A stretch of 41,372 bases of DNA, from positions 1 to 41,372 of the IMG/VR virus record IMGVR_UViG_2778261576_000004. One strand, given 5' to 3'. This DNA comes from a virus. Lineage: Duplodnaviria; Heunggongvirae; Uroviricota; Caudoviricetes. The notes below the pieces were generated by a model. The model saw only the letters and a list, made by a program, of their open reading frames with translations, had not been told where the DNA came from and made no database searches. The translations under genes were made by a program, and so were the position numbers. Below are positions 26,073 through 35,103 of the stretch, piece after piece (the first letter of the stretch is position 1; every line of letters starts with the position of its first letter).

Positions 26073-28819
26073 TGCCTGTTGTTCCTACTACATCCGGACG
26101 CCAGGTGCAAAGTCGTGGTGTGCAAACCGGTGGTTTTCAGACCTTCGATGTTCCTCAAGCAGGTCAGGTGCTGGCGAATGTCGCAGATCAGTATGCGGTG
26201 GCATATGGTGAAGCCAGGCAGAAAGCGAATGTTGCTATGGCCCAGGAGGCGTTACTGCAATTTAACCAATTTGCAGATGACCAGATTAACAACCCTGAAA
26301 ATGGGCTGATTTCTAAACAGGGTAAAAACGCTCTTGGTCAGAGTGACGCTGTTATGAAAAATATGCAGGAAAGGGCTCAGGCATTATTAGGCTCAATCCC
26401 TGAAAGTGAGGAAAGGAATAAATTATCCTTTCAACTCCAGCAGTCTATGCAGTCTTATTACAATCAGGCACGTCGATATGAAGTTGGGCAGTTTCAGCAA
26501 TTCCAAGATCAAACGTATTTGTCAGGAAATGCATTGGCTGTCACTCAGTCTGCGGGGCTATATAGCGATAACCAAGCATTTGTCGATTTAGCCAAGCAGC
26601 GATTTGAATCTATTGATCAATACGCTGATGCGCATGGGCTTCCTGATGAGTGGCGTGTTCAGCAGAAAACTCAGCTCAAGGAAGAAATGGGGCAGCAAGC
26701 ATGGATAGGAAATATCGCTCAAAAATACAACGAGTTTCTTCAGGTTAATGGAGAGCCAGGGGATCTTGGTGGTGTGAGTCGTGCAATATCACATGGTAAT
26801 TCATTGGATGCTCGTGGTTTACGTAATAATAACCCTGGTAATATTGAAGCGAGCAAATCTAACCCGTGGGAAGGTCAGATCGGTAGCGATGGACGTTTTG
26901 CAACGTTTGCTACCCCTGAGCATGGAATCCGCGCGTTGGGTAAAAATATGTTGTCTTACCAGCGTCAAGGCTATGACACCGTTAGCGAGATTGTTAATCG
27001 CTATGCTCCGGCTAGTGATGGTAATAATACTGATGCTTATATTAGGGCATTGTGTGGTGAGCTTGGTGTTGGGGAGAATGATCAGCTTGATATCTCTAAC
27101 CCAAAGACACTAGCTGCTTTATGTGCTGGGATTATTAAACACGAAAATGGCAGTATGCCTTATAGCACCGAACAGCTTGAAACTGGTATCTCGGCAGCCC
27201 TTGGTCTAACTAACCTTGATTCACCTAAGCGTTATACGGGCAATGCGGCATTTGATGCTATGAGCCCTCAAATGCAAATACAGGCATTGAGGCAGGCTAA
27301 TGAGCTGAGAAATCAGTACCGCCAGCAGTATGCGGACCAGCTTAGCACCGTAGTTAAAGATGCATATTCAGCCCTTGATGAAGGATTGAAACCTGAGAAG
27401 TTACCTTCTGAGGACGATTTTATCCGGGCCAATGGTCCGCGCATTGGCGCTATGAAGTGGAAGGATATGCAGGCGCAGATACAATATGGAGGTGTCATTG
27501 GTGCCGCTAAAGACCTCACTCCAGAAGGACGACAAGACATTCTTGAACGTTTACGTCCACAGGATCCAAACGCTCCTGGATTTGCTGCTAACCAGCAACG
27601 CTGGGAGAAAATGCAGGCCAAATTTAAAGAGATGGATAGGGAGTGGGAGATTCAGCAGGGAAGAAACAGGTTCGTGTCTTCAATGCAAAATAACTTCCCG
27701 CTGGACCCGAACGACAAAAACAATCAGGCAGCGGTAGACCGTTATTTCGCGCAGGATATCGCGCCTTCGTTTTCCATATCTGATCCGCAGAGCATCAATA
27801 CACTGGTCACCGTCACAACTAAAAGCGGCATGATACCAACTCAGGTTAAAACAATGCTTAACAGTGGAGCAACATCAAGAGATCCTGCGCTGGTTGTCCC
27901 GATGGCAAAATTCTACGGTCAGTTATTCGATAATAATCCGGCGGCAGCGGCAACACTTGATAAAAGTACGATGGCATTTTACGGCAAGGTTTACGATTAT
28001 TCCCGCGCTGGCGTGCCGGAGGATAAGGCTGTTGATATGGCTTACAGCCAGGTGTTCCAACAGGATGACCGAATGAAACAGATGCTTTCCACTGCCATGC
28101 GAGACAAAAAATATGTCGCGGCGAGGGCAACTGCTGCACAAAATAACGCCAGCAGTCTGACTTCCTTTGGTTCGTGGTCTCCGGATATTACCGATCCAGG
28201 AAAATCAAATGCGGCCTATCAGCGAGATTACCAGACAATTTACGATGCTAACTTTGTACAGACAGGTGGCGATGCAGAACAGGCTGAGAAAATGACCAAT
28301 GCCATGATCAGAACCACCTGGGGAGTTTCTACGGTTAATGGCAAAGCAGAGGTTATGAAGTATGCACCTGAGGCATTGTACGGAGTAAATAATGGTGCTG
28401 GTAACTGGATACAGGGGCAGTGGGAGCAGGAAAAACGCGAGCTTAAATCAAAATCCTTTGGCGGTCCTCGCAGTGATACGGACTTAATACTTGTTTCTGA
28501 TGGCCTTACGGCAAGGGATAGGAGTTATGCTGTTATGGTTTTACAGCCTGACGCAAACGGAGCGATAGAACCGAGAAATTATATTGGAGAAAATGGTCTC
28601 CCTGTTCGTTTCAAGCCGGATCAGCTGACATCTCCAATGTACAGGCAAACCATTCAGTTACAGCAACAGCGTGTTGATGAGGCTAGAGTGCGGAGAGAAG
28701 GCAATCCGCTGCCGCAGTTCAGCAATAAAGATGGATATACTCCTCCAGATCTGACCAAACCATTCGGTTATGGTTCAGCCAATTACCTTCCGAGCAATAT
28801 ATACGCAGGGGGCAAATAA
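26072..28819 (+). CDS. Putative internal virion (ejection) protein C-like
   Basis: 915-aa ORF in the gp15 position; contains a visibly AT-richer internal segment (about 26.3-27.3 kb). Confidence 0.5.
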   Translation: MPVVPTTSGRQVQSRGVQTGGFQTFDVPQAGQVLANVADQYAVAYGEARQKANVAMAQEALLQFNQFADDQINNPENGLISKQGKNALGQSDAVMKNMQERAQALLGSIPESEERNKLSFQLQQSMQSYYNQARRYEVGQFQQFQDQTYLSGNALAVTQSAGLYSDNQAFVDLAKQRFESIDQYADAHGLPDEWRVQQKTQLKEEMGQQAWIGNIAQKYNEFLQVNGEPGDLGGVSRAISHGNSLDARGLRNNNPGNIEASKSNPWEGQIGSDGRFATFATPEHGIRALGKNMLSYQRQGYDTVSEIVNRYAPASDGNNTDAYIRALCGELGVGENDQLDISNPKTLAALCAGIIKHENGSMPYSTEQLETGISAALGLTNLDSPKRYTGNAAFDAMSPQMQIQALRQANELRNQYRQQYADQLSTVVKDAYSALDEGLKPEKLPSEDDFIRANGPRIGAMKWKDMQAQIQYGGVIGAAKDLTPEGRQDILERLRPQDPNAPGFAANQQRWEKMQAKFKEMDREWEIQQGRNRFVSSMQNNFPLDPNDKNNQAAVDRYFAQDIAPSFSISDPQSINTLVTVTTKSGMIPTQVKTMLNSGATSRDPALVVPMAKFYGQLFDNNPAAAATLDKSTMAFYGKVYDYSRAGVPEDKAVDMAYSQVFQQDDRMKQMLSTAMRDKKYVAARATAAQNNASSLTSFGSWSPDITDPGKSNAAYQRDYQTIYDANFVQTGGDAEQAEKMTNAMIRTTWGVSTVNGKAEVMKYAPEALYGVNNGAGNWIQGQWEQEKRELKSKSFGGPRSDTDLILVSDGLTARDRSYAVMVLQPDANGAIEPRNYIGENGLPVRFKPDQLTSPMYRQTIQLQQQRVDEARVRREGNPLPQFSNKDGYTPPDLTKPFGYGSANYLPSNIYAGGK

Positions 28820-31800
28820 TGCCGATATATGAACAGGATCCTAAAGAGTTGCTTGGCGAGGATATTCAGCAAATAGCAGCACCTGATGACAGTAATTTCT
28901 ATATGGAAACACCTTCTTTGCTTTCTGCTGTGAACCCATTTACCAGTGATCAACGCGTTCAAAGGTCTAGACAAGCAGCATTTCGTATAGATAACACGCT
29001 GGGTAGCTTTATTGCCAGTGCTCCTTTCAGTCAGTTTGACAGGGTTGAAGGATATAACCCATTTGATAACGATGCAGCAGATATTAAAGGCTATGAAGAT
29101 TTTGCAGATTCGTTTATCAACTCCGGTTCGCCTGAAGAAACAATGGCAATTAAACATCGAATCGATCAGCAGAGAGCTGACATGGAATACAATTCAGGCT
29201 TGGGATTTGCTGGTACAGTCTCTTCTGTAGCAATGAGATTAGCAGATCCATTCAATGCGATTTCTATGTTTATTCCGTTCGGCGCTGTTGTTCGTGGCGG
29301 TCGTATTGCAGAAACAGCCGGGCGTTTTGCCCTGGCGAATGCTGCTGGCAGTGTTGCTTCAGAGGCCGCATTACAGGCCACTCAGGAAGCTCGCTCACCG
29401 ATGGAGAGCGTATCGAACGTTGTTGTTGATGCTCTCGTTGGTGGGATCCTTGGTGCTGGTGCACAGCTACTTGCTGGACCTGGCGCGCGCGAGGCAGTGG
29501 TTAACTCAGTAGGTAATCATTTGCGAGGTATGGATTCTCCTCAAAGCATTGGTGCAGCTCAGGTTTTCAATACCACACTCGATCAGGAACAGCTCGCTGG
29601 ACTTGGACTTGCTAACAAAACGTTGAGTGTCACTCCTGCTGGCCGCTTGGCGCAATCACCATCTCTTGTCTCCCGTCAGATTAACCAGCAGCTTGCCGAA
29701 AATAACTATTTCTTCGCCAAAAATGATGAGGGGTTGGCTACGTTTACGGCAGTCGAGACTAAGATTAAGCAATACGACGCCATGCTTTATAAGCAGATGG
29801 AAGCCACTCGTGATGCTTACCAGCAGTACAGCAAATCTGTTAGCGCCCGCGGCGTGAAGAGGATGAACTTTATTGATTTCAATGAAGCTGTTGGCATGGC
29901 TATGCGCCGTGGTGATCAGAGTGATATTCCTGAGGTTTCACAAGCAGCCGCCAGAATCCGCCCCATTTTCGAGACCACAAAAGCCCGTATGCAGGAACTG
30001 GGGATCCTTCCTGAGGATATCGATGTCGTGACGGCGAAAAGTTATCTTCCCCGCATTTATAAGTTCGATAAGATACTTTCCGACCGCACTGAATTCAGAG
30101 GGCGAATTGCCAACTGGATACAAGGGATTAGTGCCAAAGGTGCTGACAAAGCAGGTCAGCGAATTGAAAGGATAAATTCATTGCTAAAAACTGCAGAGGA
30201 ATCGGCACCGCGCGCTGATGCTCTCGCTAGTGAAATCGCTGAAGCGGAGAAATGGTCTGGTAAAAAAATTCTACTCATGGAAGAACTGGATAAACGAAAT
30301 AAGCTTATATCTCAGGAGACTGACACACAGGCGCGTCTTACAAGAATAGAAAAAGAGTTGGCCGAGACTTCATCAGAAAAACTTCAGGCAAGAATGATGA
30401 AAGAAAGCTCTGACCTTAAAACACGCCTTGATGATATAGCGCAGGCAAAGAGTGAGCTTCCTGTCTATCAGCGCCATATGGAGTTGTTGGATAATCCACG
30501 GAAATATCGTTCTGAGCTTCGCCGACTGCAAAAACGGGCAAATTCAACCACAAGGCTGAATGCAAGCCGCGAACGAGCACTGAAGCAGATGGAGCCTCTA
30601 TCCCGAGAGGAAGCAGAGGACGCTGCTGACGAGATCGTGAATAAAATAATAGGCGCACCTTCCGGGCTTGTACCAGCCGATATTATCCCAGAGAGACTCG
30701 TTGGTCGGGCTGGTTTCACTAAAAGCAGAACGCTGCTTATTCCTGATGAGCGTATAGAAGATTTTCTTGAATCAGATGTTAACTACATCATGGAAAGTTA
30801 TCTCCGGCAGGTGGCACCAGAAATTGAGCTGACTGCGCAGTTTGGCCGTAAAGATATGGGGGAGCAAATCCGTCAGGTTAGTGAGGAATATACCCGGCTA
30901 ATAAAAGAGGCTAAAACACCTAAACGACGTGCAGTTCTTGAGAAGCAACGGGAGGCTGATATTAGGGATATTACGGCTATGCGTGATCGACTGCTTGGTA
31001 CTTACGGTGCACCTCAAGATCCACGCAGTTTCTTTGTTCGTGCCGGGCGAGTTGCTAGGAATATTAACTTCCTCCGTTTGCTTGGTGGAATGACCGTCTC
31101 CGCTGCAACTGATCTGATGCGACCGATGATGCAGCATGGCCTGAGAAAATCTCTCGGACCAATGGTAAGCATGCTTAAAAATATGGACTCAGTGAAGATT
31201 GCAACCAGGGATTTGCGAGAAATGGCCGTTGGGCTTGATTATGTCCTGTCTACGCGTACAAAGGCTATAGCGGATCTTACTGACCCATATAGCCGGAGAA
31301 GCGCCGCTGAGCGAGGCCTGAACTGGATGACGCAGAAATTCGGTAACTGGACGCTGATGAATCAGTGGAACAGCGCACTTAAATCATGGTCTGGGATGAT
31401 AGTGCAGTCGAGGATACTTGACGCGGCTCGCCAAGTTTCTGCTGGTGGCACGCTCTCCAAAAGTGAAATGCGGAAGATGGCACAGGTCGGCATCAATGAA
31501 GATGTTCTGCGTCGAATCGGGGAGCAATTCGGGAAGCACGGAGAGGATATGGACGGGCTGTTAACCGGGCATAGTCATCTGTGGGATGACCGTTTCGCTA
31601 GAGAGATTTTCCAGTCTGCAGTGCTGAAAGATGTAGACTCAGTGATTGTAACGCCTGGCGTAGGTGATACACCGCTGTTTTTTAGTAAAGAAGGCTGGAA
31701 GATGATCACGCAGTTCAAAACGTTTATCTTCGCACAGCATAACAGGGTGCTAGTATCTGGTATCCAGCAGGGCGATGCTGCATTCTATCTTGGTGCGCTT

Positions 31801-32208
31801 GGCACGATTGCGCTTGGCTCAATGGTCTATATGATGAAACAGAAGTTAAGCGGTCGCGATATCGACTACAGCTGGAATAACCTTGTGAAAGAGGGGATCG
31901 ACCGGGGCGGAATGCTTGGCTGGCTCTCTGAGCCGCTGAATACCGTTGAGAACATAAGCGGCGGTAGGTTTGGTCTTGGCGCGATGTTTGGTGCGCCTCC
32001 GGTATCAAGGTTTCAGAGTCGTAATGCTATTGGTGCTTTACTTGGTCCTACCTTTGATCTTGGCGGTGATGCCGCGACGGTTGCGAATGGTGTACTTAAC
32101 GGAGAATTTGACAGCCAGCAAACCCACGCGGTCCGTAAAATGCTACCTTTTCAGAACCTGTGGGCGATATCACCGTTACTAAATAAAGTTGAAGAGCAGA
32201 TGAAATAG
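28819..32208 (+). CDS. Putative internal virion (ejection) protein D-like
   Basis: 1129-aa ORF in the gp16 position; long coiled-coil regions and hydrophobic Gly/Ala-rich stretches. Confidence 0.55.
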   Translation: MPIYEQDPKELLGEDIQQIAAPDDSNFYMETPSLLSAVNPFTSDQRVQRSRQAAFRIDNTLGSFIASAPFSQFDRVEGYNPFDNDAADIKGYEDFADSFINSGSPEETMAIKHRIDQQRADMEYNSGLGFAGTVSSVAMRLADPFNAISMFIPFGAVVRGGRIAETAGRFALANAAGSVASEAALQATQEARSPMESVSNVVVDALVGGILGAGAQLLAGPGAREAVVNSVGNHLRGMDSPQSIGAAQVFNTTLDQEQLAGLGLANKTLSVTPAGRLAQSPSLVSRQINQQLAENNYFFAKNDEGLATFTAVETKIKQYDAMLYKQMEATRDAYQQYSKSVSARGVKRMNFIDFNEAVGMAMRRGDQSDIPEVSQAAARIRPIFETTKARMQELGILPEDIDVVTAKSYLPRIYKFDKILSDRTEFRGRIANWIQGISAKGADKAGQRIERINSLLKTAEESAPRADALASEIAEAEKWSGKKILLMEELDKRNKLISQETDTQARLTRIEKELAETSSEKLQARMMKESSDLKTRLDDIAQAKSELPVYQRHMELLDNPRKYRSELRRLQKRANSTTRLNASRERALKQMEPLSREEAEDAADEIVNKIIGAPSGLVPADIIPERLVGRAGFTKSRTLLIPDERIEDFLESDVNYIMESYLRQVAPEIELTAQFGRKDMGEQIRQVSEEYTRLIKEAKTPKRRAVLEKQREADIRDITAMRDRLLGTYGAPQDPRSFFVRAGRVARNINFLRLLGGMTVSAATDLMRPMMQHGLRKSLGPMVSMLKNMDSVKIATRDLREMAVGLDYVLSTRTKAIADLTDPYSRRSAAERGLNWMTQKFGNWTLMNQWNSALKSWSGMIVQSRILDAARQVSAGGTLSKSEMRKMAQVGINEDVLRRIGEQFGKHGEDMDGLLTGHSHLWDDRFAREIFQSAVLKDVDSVIVTPGVGDTPLFFSKEGWKMITQFKTFIFAQHNRVLVSGIQQGDAAFYLGALGTIALGSMVYMMKQKLSGRDIDYSWNNLVKEGIDRGGMLGWLSEPLNTVENISGGRFGLGAMFGAPPVSRFQSRNAIGALLGPTFDLGGDAATVANGVLNGEFDSQQTHAVRKMLPFQNLWAISPLLNKVEEQMK

Positions 32209-32649
32209 CTATTCACAATTAGTGATGGCGTATGTATCAAATATATTGCCATCACTAAATACATACCTATACTCAATCACTCCGCCAAGGTGAATAAATG
32301 CTTTCATTTGCCTGTTGGAGCAAATGCTCGATTTTGAATAATTTCGCATTACACTCTTTAATTTATTTTCTAAGGTTACATCACCATTATAAACTTTTGA
32401 TAAATAGCTGTTGTTGTAATTAAGATGCGCTACAACTAAAAGTTTGTTTAGTATTGCATTTATTGAAACAATAGACATATTATCATTCAATTTTATGGGA
32501 AGTGACTTTCCTGCTTCTGATGCAATTTTGTTTGCATGTGCACACATATCCTCATTTATTAAATTCTTAAAACATATGTCGTTTGCAAACGAAAAAATTG
32601 GTAGGATAAACAAAACGGTAGCTGTAATAGCGTGCATCGGCTTAATCAT
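32209..32649 (-). CDS. Hypothetical secreted protein (AT-rich accessory gene)
   Basis: N-terminal signal-peptide-like segment (AITATVLFILPIFSFA); strongly AT-rich coding sequence; convergent with the upstream virion gene. Confidence 0.4.
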   Translation of the reverse strand: MIKPMHAITATVLFILPIFSFANDICFKNLINEDMCAHANKIASEAGKSLPIKLNDNMSIVSINAILNKLLVVAHLNYNNSYLSKVYNGDVTLENKLKSVMRNYSKSSICSNRQMKAFIHLGGVIEYRYVFSDGNIFDTYAITNCE

Positions 32650-32661
32650 TAGGTGACCTTT

Positions 32662-33111
32662 ATGTTCAAGAAGATGATCAACAGATTAATCGGTGGTAAG
32701 GAGGTTAGCAATAAAATTCAACCTCTTATCTTTAAGGATAACTTTTCAGCTTTTGAGTATGCGTGTAAGTATCTTGACACAAGCCTTTCAGCCAATAAAC
32801 CAATGCCAGCCATCATCATACCTGGTCCCAGTGGGGAACAGCCAGTTTTGCTGGATTCTGGAAGACAAAGGGCAATGCTGAAGGTGTGCTCAGCTGATGG
32901 TGGATTTTTTGTTATTGCCGATTCATCTTACAGCAAAGGACCAAAGCTGAGGATTGGTGATCTTGTTGCTTGGTTGCCTGTGAGTTATGCCGAAGAATTA
33001 ACGGATAAAATAGAAGATCCTCGCTCCGCTATGGTTGGCTTTATATTGGGAACCATTCATCCTGAACTAACATCTACTGGCTGGAAGGGTAAAGAAAGAT
33101 TTCGCAAGTAG
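32662..33111 (+). CDS. Hypothetical protein (AT-rich accessory gene)
   Basis: ATG 32662 with AGGTGA SD; divergent from the 32209-32649 gene with almost no spacer; followed by a terminator. Confidence 0.4.
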   Translation: MFKKMINRLIGGKEVSNKIQPLIFKDNFSAFEYACKYLDTSLSANKPMPAIIIPGPSGEQPVLLDSGRQRAMLKVCSADGGFFVIADSSYSKGPKLRIGDLVAWLPVSYAEELTDKIEDPRSAMVGFILGTIHPELTSTGWKGKERFRK

Positions 33112-33125
33112 CGTGACATGTCACA

Positions 33126-33149
33126 GGCCGCTTTCGCGGCCTTGTTTTT
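33126..33149 (+). terminator. Rho-independent terminator
   Basis: GGCCGC-TTTC-GCGGCC hairpin followed by TTGTTTTT; directly preceded by the GTGACATGTCAC palindrome. Confidence 0.6.
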
Positions 33150-33309
33150 AACGAATGCCACCGCCGCCCGGACGGGAATCCGCAGAACGCCCACCGCAGC
33201 GGGAGCCGTCAGCAGCAGTGTCGCTGTCGTGCTGACAACGACCGGCAAAGGCCTGAGTTGAAGCTACCAGAGACAACAAAACGAACAGTGCAGCAAATGC
33301 TTTTTTCAT
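33148..33309 (-). CDS. Hypothetical small secreted peptide
   Basis: Predicted signal peptide MKKAFAALFVLLSLVASTQAFA followed by a 31-aa Gly/Arg-rich tail with two Cys; weak SD. Confidence 0.25.
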   Translation of the reverse strand: MKKAFAALFVLLSLVASTQAFAGRCQHDSDTAADGSRCGGRSADSRPGGGGIR

Positions 33310-33401
33310 TGTGAAATTTCCATCTATAAGCCACCTCAATGTGGCGTCAATGAGTGTAGCACTGACTTTTGTTTCGCCCACAAAAAAGCCCGCAGCGCGG
33401 G

Positions 33402-33842
33402 CTATTCTTCTTCATCATTAAAAAGCGGATTGTTGTTTCCATCTGATGAAAGGAAAGGTATGTGTTCTCTTGAAAATCCAACAATGACAATTTCATTATC
33501 ATTTTTTGCATAATGAATGCATTCATTAGAATGCCTTCCGCCAGGGTTGAAATTTAAGTTAATGGTATAATTCTTAAATGTGTTTGGATACCATGTTGGC
33601 CCACAATGATAATGCCAATAATTCTCTTGCTCATAATTGTCTGAGCCGGGAATTTTATCATGGTTATCATCAACCCACGAGGGCTTGTTTTTTCCAACAA
33701 GCGCCCTTCCATTGGCAACATCCTCTAAAAAACTTTGTATGATTTTTATTTCATCATCAGTAAGGAAAGGTCCGTCTACAGCGAAAGGGGTGTTGCTTTC
33801 CCCATGTAGAAAACTATTAGATATTCTAATGTTAAACTTCAA
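33402..33842 (-). CDS. Hypothetical protein (AT-rich, probable TTG start)
   Basis: TTG at 33842 preceded by CAGGAG SD; AT-rich; downstream partner of the 33863-34030 gene. The ORF-track N-terminal extension to 33983 overlaps the better-supported small gene. Confidence 0.4.
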   Translation of the reverse strand: MKFNIRISNSFLHGESNTPFAVDGPFLTDDEIKIIQSFLEDVANGRALVGKNKPSWVDDNHDKIPGSDNYEQENYWHYHCGPTWYPNTFKNYTINLNFNPGGRHSNECIHYAKNDNEIVIVGFSREHIPFLSSDGNNNPLFNDEEE

Positions 33843-33862
33843 GGAAAACTCCTGATGTGCTT

Positions 33863-34030
33863 CTATTTGGAGCGAAATGCCGCCTTGAAGTCGCTGAAAG
33901 ATGTTCCTGTCTGGTAAACCATATCCTTGTCGCGCTCTTTGCTTGCGCGGCCAAGCATAACTTTTCCAATGACATCCCAGCATTGCTTGGCTTGTTCATT
34001 GTGCTGAGTACGATTTTTCAACGCTGTCAT
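33863..34030 (-). CDS. Hypothetical small protein (55 aa)
   Basis: ATG 34030 with a strong AAGGAGG SD 6 nt upstream and a palindrome copy directly 5' of it; translation MTALKNRTQHNEQAKQCWDVIGKVMLGRASKERDKDMVYQTGTSFSDFKAAFRSK. Confidence 0.4.
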   Translation of the reverse strand: MTALKNRTQHNEQAKQCWDVIGKVMLGRASKERDKDMVYQTGTSFSDFKAAFRSK

Positions 34031-34042
34031 ATCGCGCCTCCT

Positions 34043-34057
34043 TTACCTTTAAGGTAA
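34043..34057. promoter_or_regulatory. TTACC-N5-GGTAA palindrome at the 5' end of the small-gene cassette
   Basis: Perfect TTACCTTTAAGGTAA abutting the SD; upstream on the minus strand are a TTGCAG -35-like and TACTAT -10-like hexamer with 17-bp spacing. Confidence 0.4.
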
Positions 34058-34129
34058 TAGTACGCTATTCACCCACAGTCTGCAATCTGTACAGAATTAT
34101 TTAAAGGCACATCCCTGTGCCGCCGCCCG

Positions 34130-34786
34130 TCAGAAGAACCCAGCCTTGTCGTTGATGTACTCCGCGTGGGTCTGGATATCACGCAGGCATTTGCTCACAC
34201 CAACAATGTAGCAGAACATGGTGGTCAGCTCCGCCGCCGCACCCGATACGTCGTGCCCGTCTTCCTGTAACTGGTTCAGCAGATTCATCAGCAGTGAGTT
34301 CTCCGTCAGGCCGAGAACACCAGACGGCGAATGAATCAGGCTACGGTAGCCGGGCTTCAGTGGGGCGCTGTATTCTTTTTTGTCTTCCAGCTTGATCGCC
34401 TCCATAATGGCGGGCATGAAGCCTGACAAGACCTTCTCCACTTTTGTTTCTTGTTGTCTTAAACGTTTCTCGCATTCAATGAAGTAGCGTCGCACCTGGC
34501 GACCTTTTTCGTTACGCTCGACCATCGCCAGCTCTTTGGCTGTATCAAGGGTGAGGTGGTACTCTTTGCGGTTGTGGCCGCCTCTACCAGATGTTTGCTT
34601 TCCCAAATTGGAAAGCAAAATATAGTCTTGATTTTCAATGAATTCGTATTCTGATATGCGATTTGTAATCCATGCTGCAAACACCTTTTTAACACCTAAA
34701 AAAGCGTGCAGATCGCGGGCATTACAAAGTAGGGCTGTTTCGTTAGATATAGTGCCGTTGAATACGGGGATGAGTTGAGCGTTCAT
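34130..34786 (-). CDS. Phage antirepressor (AntA/AntB-type N-terminal domain)
   Basis: N-terminus [38 protein letters not shown] matches the AntA pattern as recalled; C-terminal domain shared with the 35104-35361 product; GGAGA SD. Confidence 0.7.
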   Translation of the reverse strand: MNAQLIPVFNGTISNETALLCNARDLHAFLGVKKVFAAWITNRISEYEFIENQDYILLSNLGKQTSGRGGHNRKEYHLTLDTAKELAMVERNEKGRQVRRYFIECEKRLRQQETKVEKVLSGFMPAIMEAIKLEDKKEYSAPLKPGYRSLIHSPSGVLGLTENSLLMNLLNQLQEDGHDVSGAAAELTTMFCYIVGVSKCLRDIQTHAEYINDKAGFF

Positions 34787-35103
34787 GATGGCGTCTCCAC
34801 TTAGCGAATTACATCACCACCGCTGAGACCAATCAGATGGTGGTGAACTGAACGGAGTTGGTCTTACCGGCCTAAGTGGTACCGGCGTCCTTTCGGACCC
34901 CCATTCAGCCCACCATAATTCTGGCATGACTGTGCTATACGCATAAAAAAACCACGTCTGGCGTGGTATGCGCCACTTAGTAATCCGGGAGACCAATCCC
35001 GGCACTGGATTTTGCCAGTGCCCGATTACTATGGCACAAGAGGAGTGCGATGTAAATTTACCGCAAAGGTAAATATAAGCACTCCTTTTGGTAATTGCAA
35101 ACC
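34787..35103 (-). other. Structured non-coding leader/spacer with intrinsic terminator
   Basis: Several perfect hairpins (e.g. CCGGGA-GACCAA-TCCCGG, CACTGG-ATTTTG-CCAGTG), a minus-strand terminator (CCACG-CCAGA-CGTGG then T7) near 34943-34964, and a palindrome copy (35058-35072) nested in an 8-bp stem (AGGAGTGC/GCACTCCT). Confidence 0.4.

Noticed and set aside
33857-33983. N-terminal extension of ORF-track entry 33402..33983 (193 aa)
   Set aside because: The extension overlaps, in another frame, a small ORF with a much stronger Shine-Dalgarno; the extension is Arg/Trp-rich and non-protein-like. A TTG start at 33842 with its own SD explains the downstream gene better.
34814-35005. 63-aa minus-strand ORF inside the structured leader
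   Set aside because: Pro/Trp/Arg-rich translation, no SD, and it overlaps multiple stable hairpins and a terminator; the region is more plausibly non-coding RNA.
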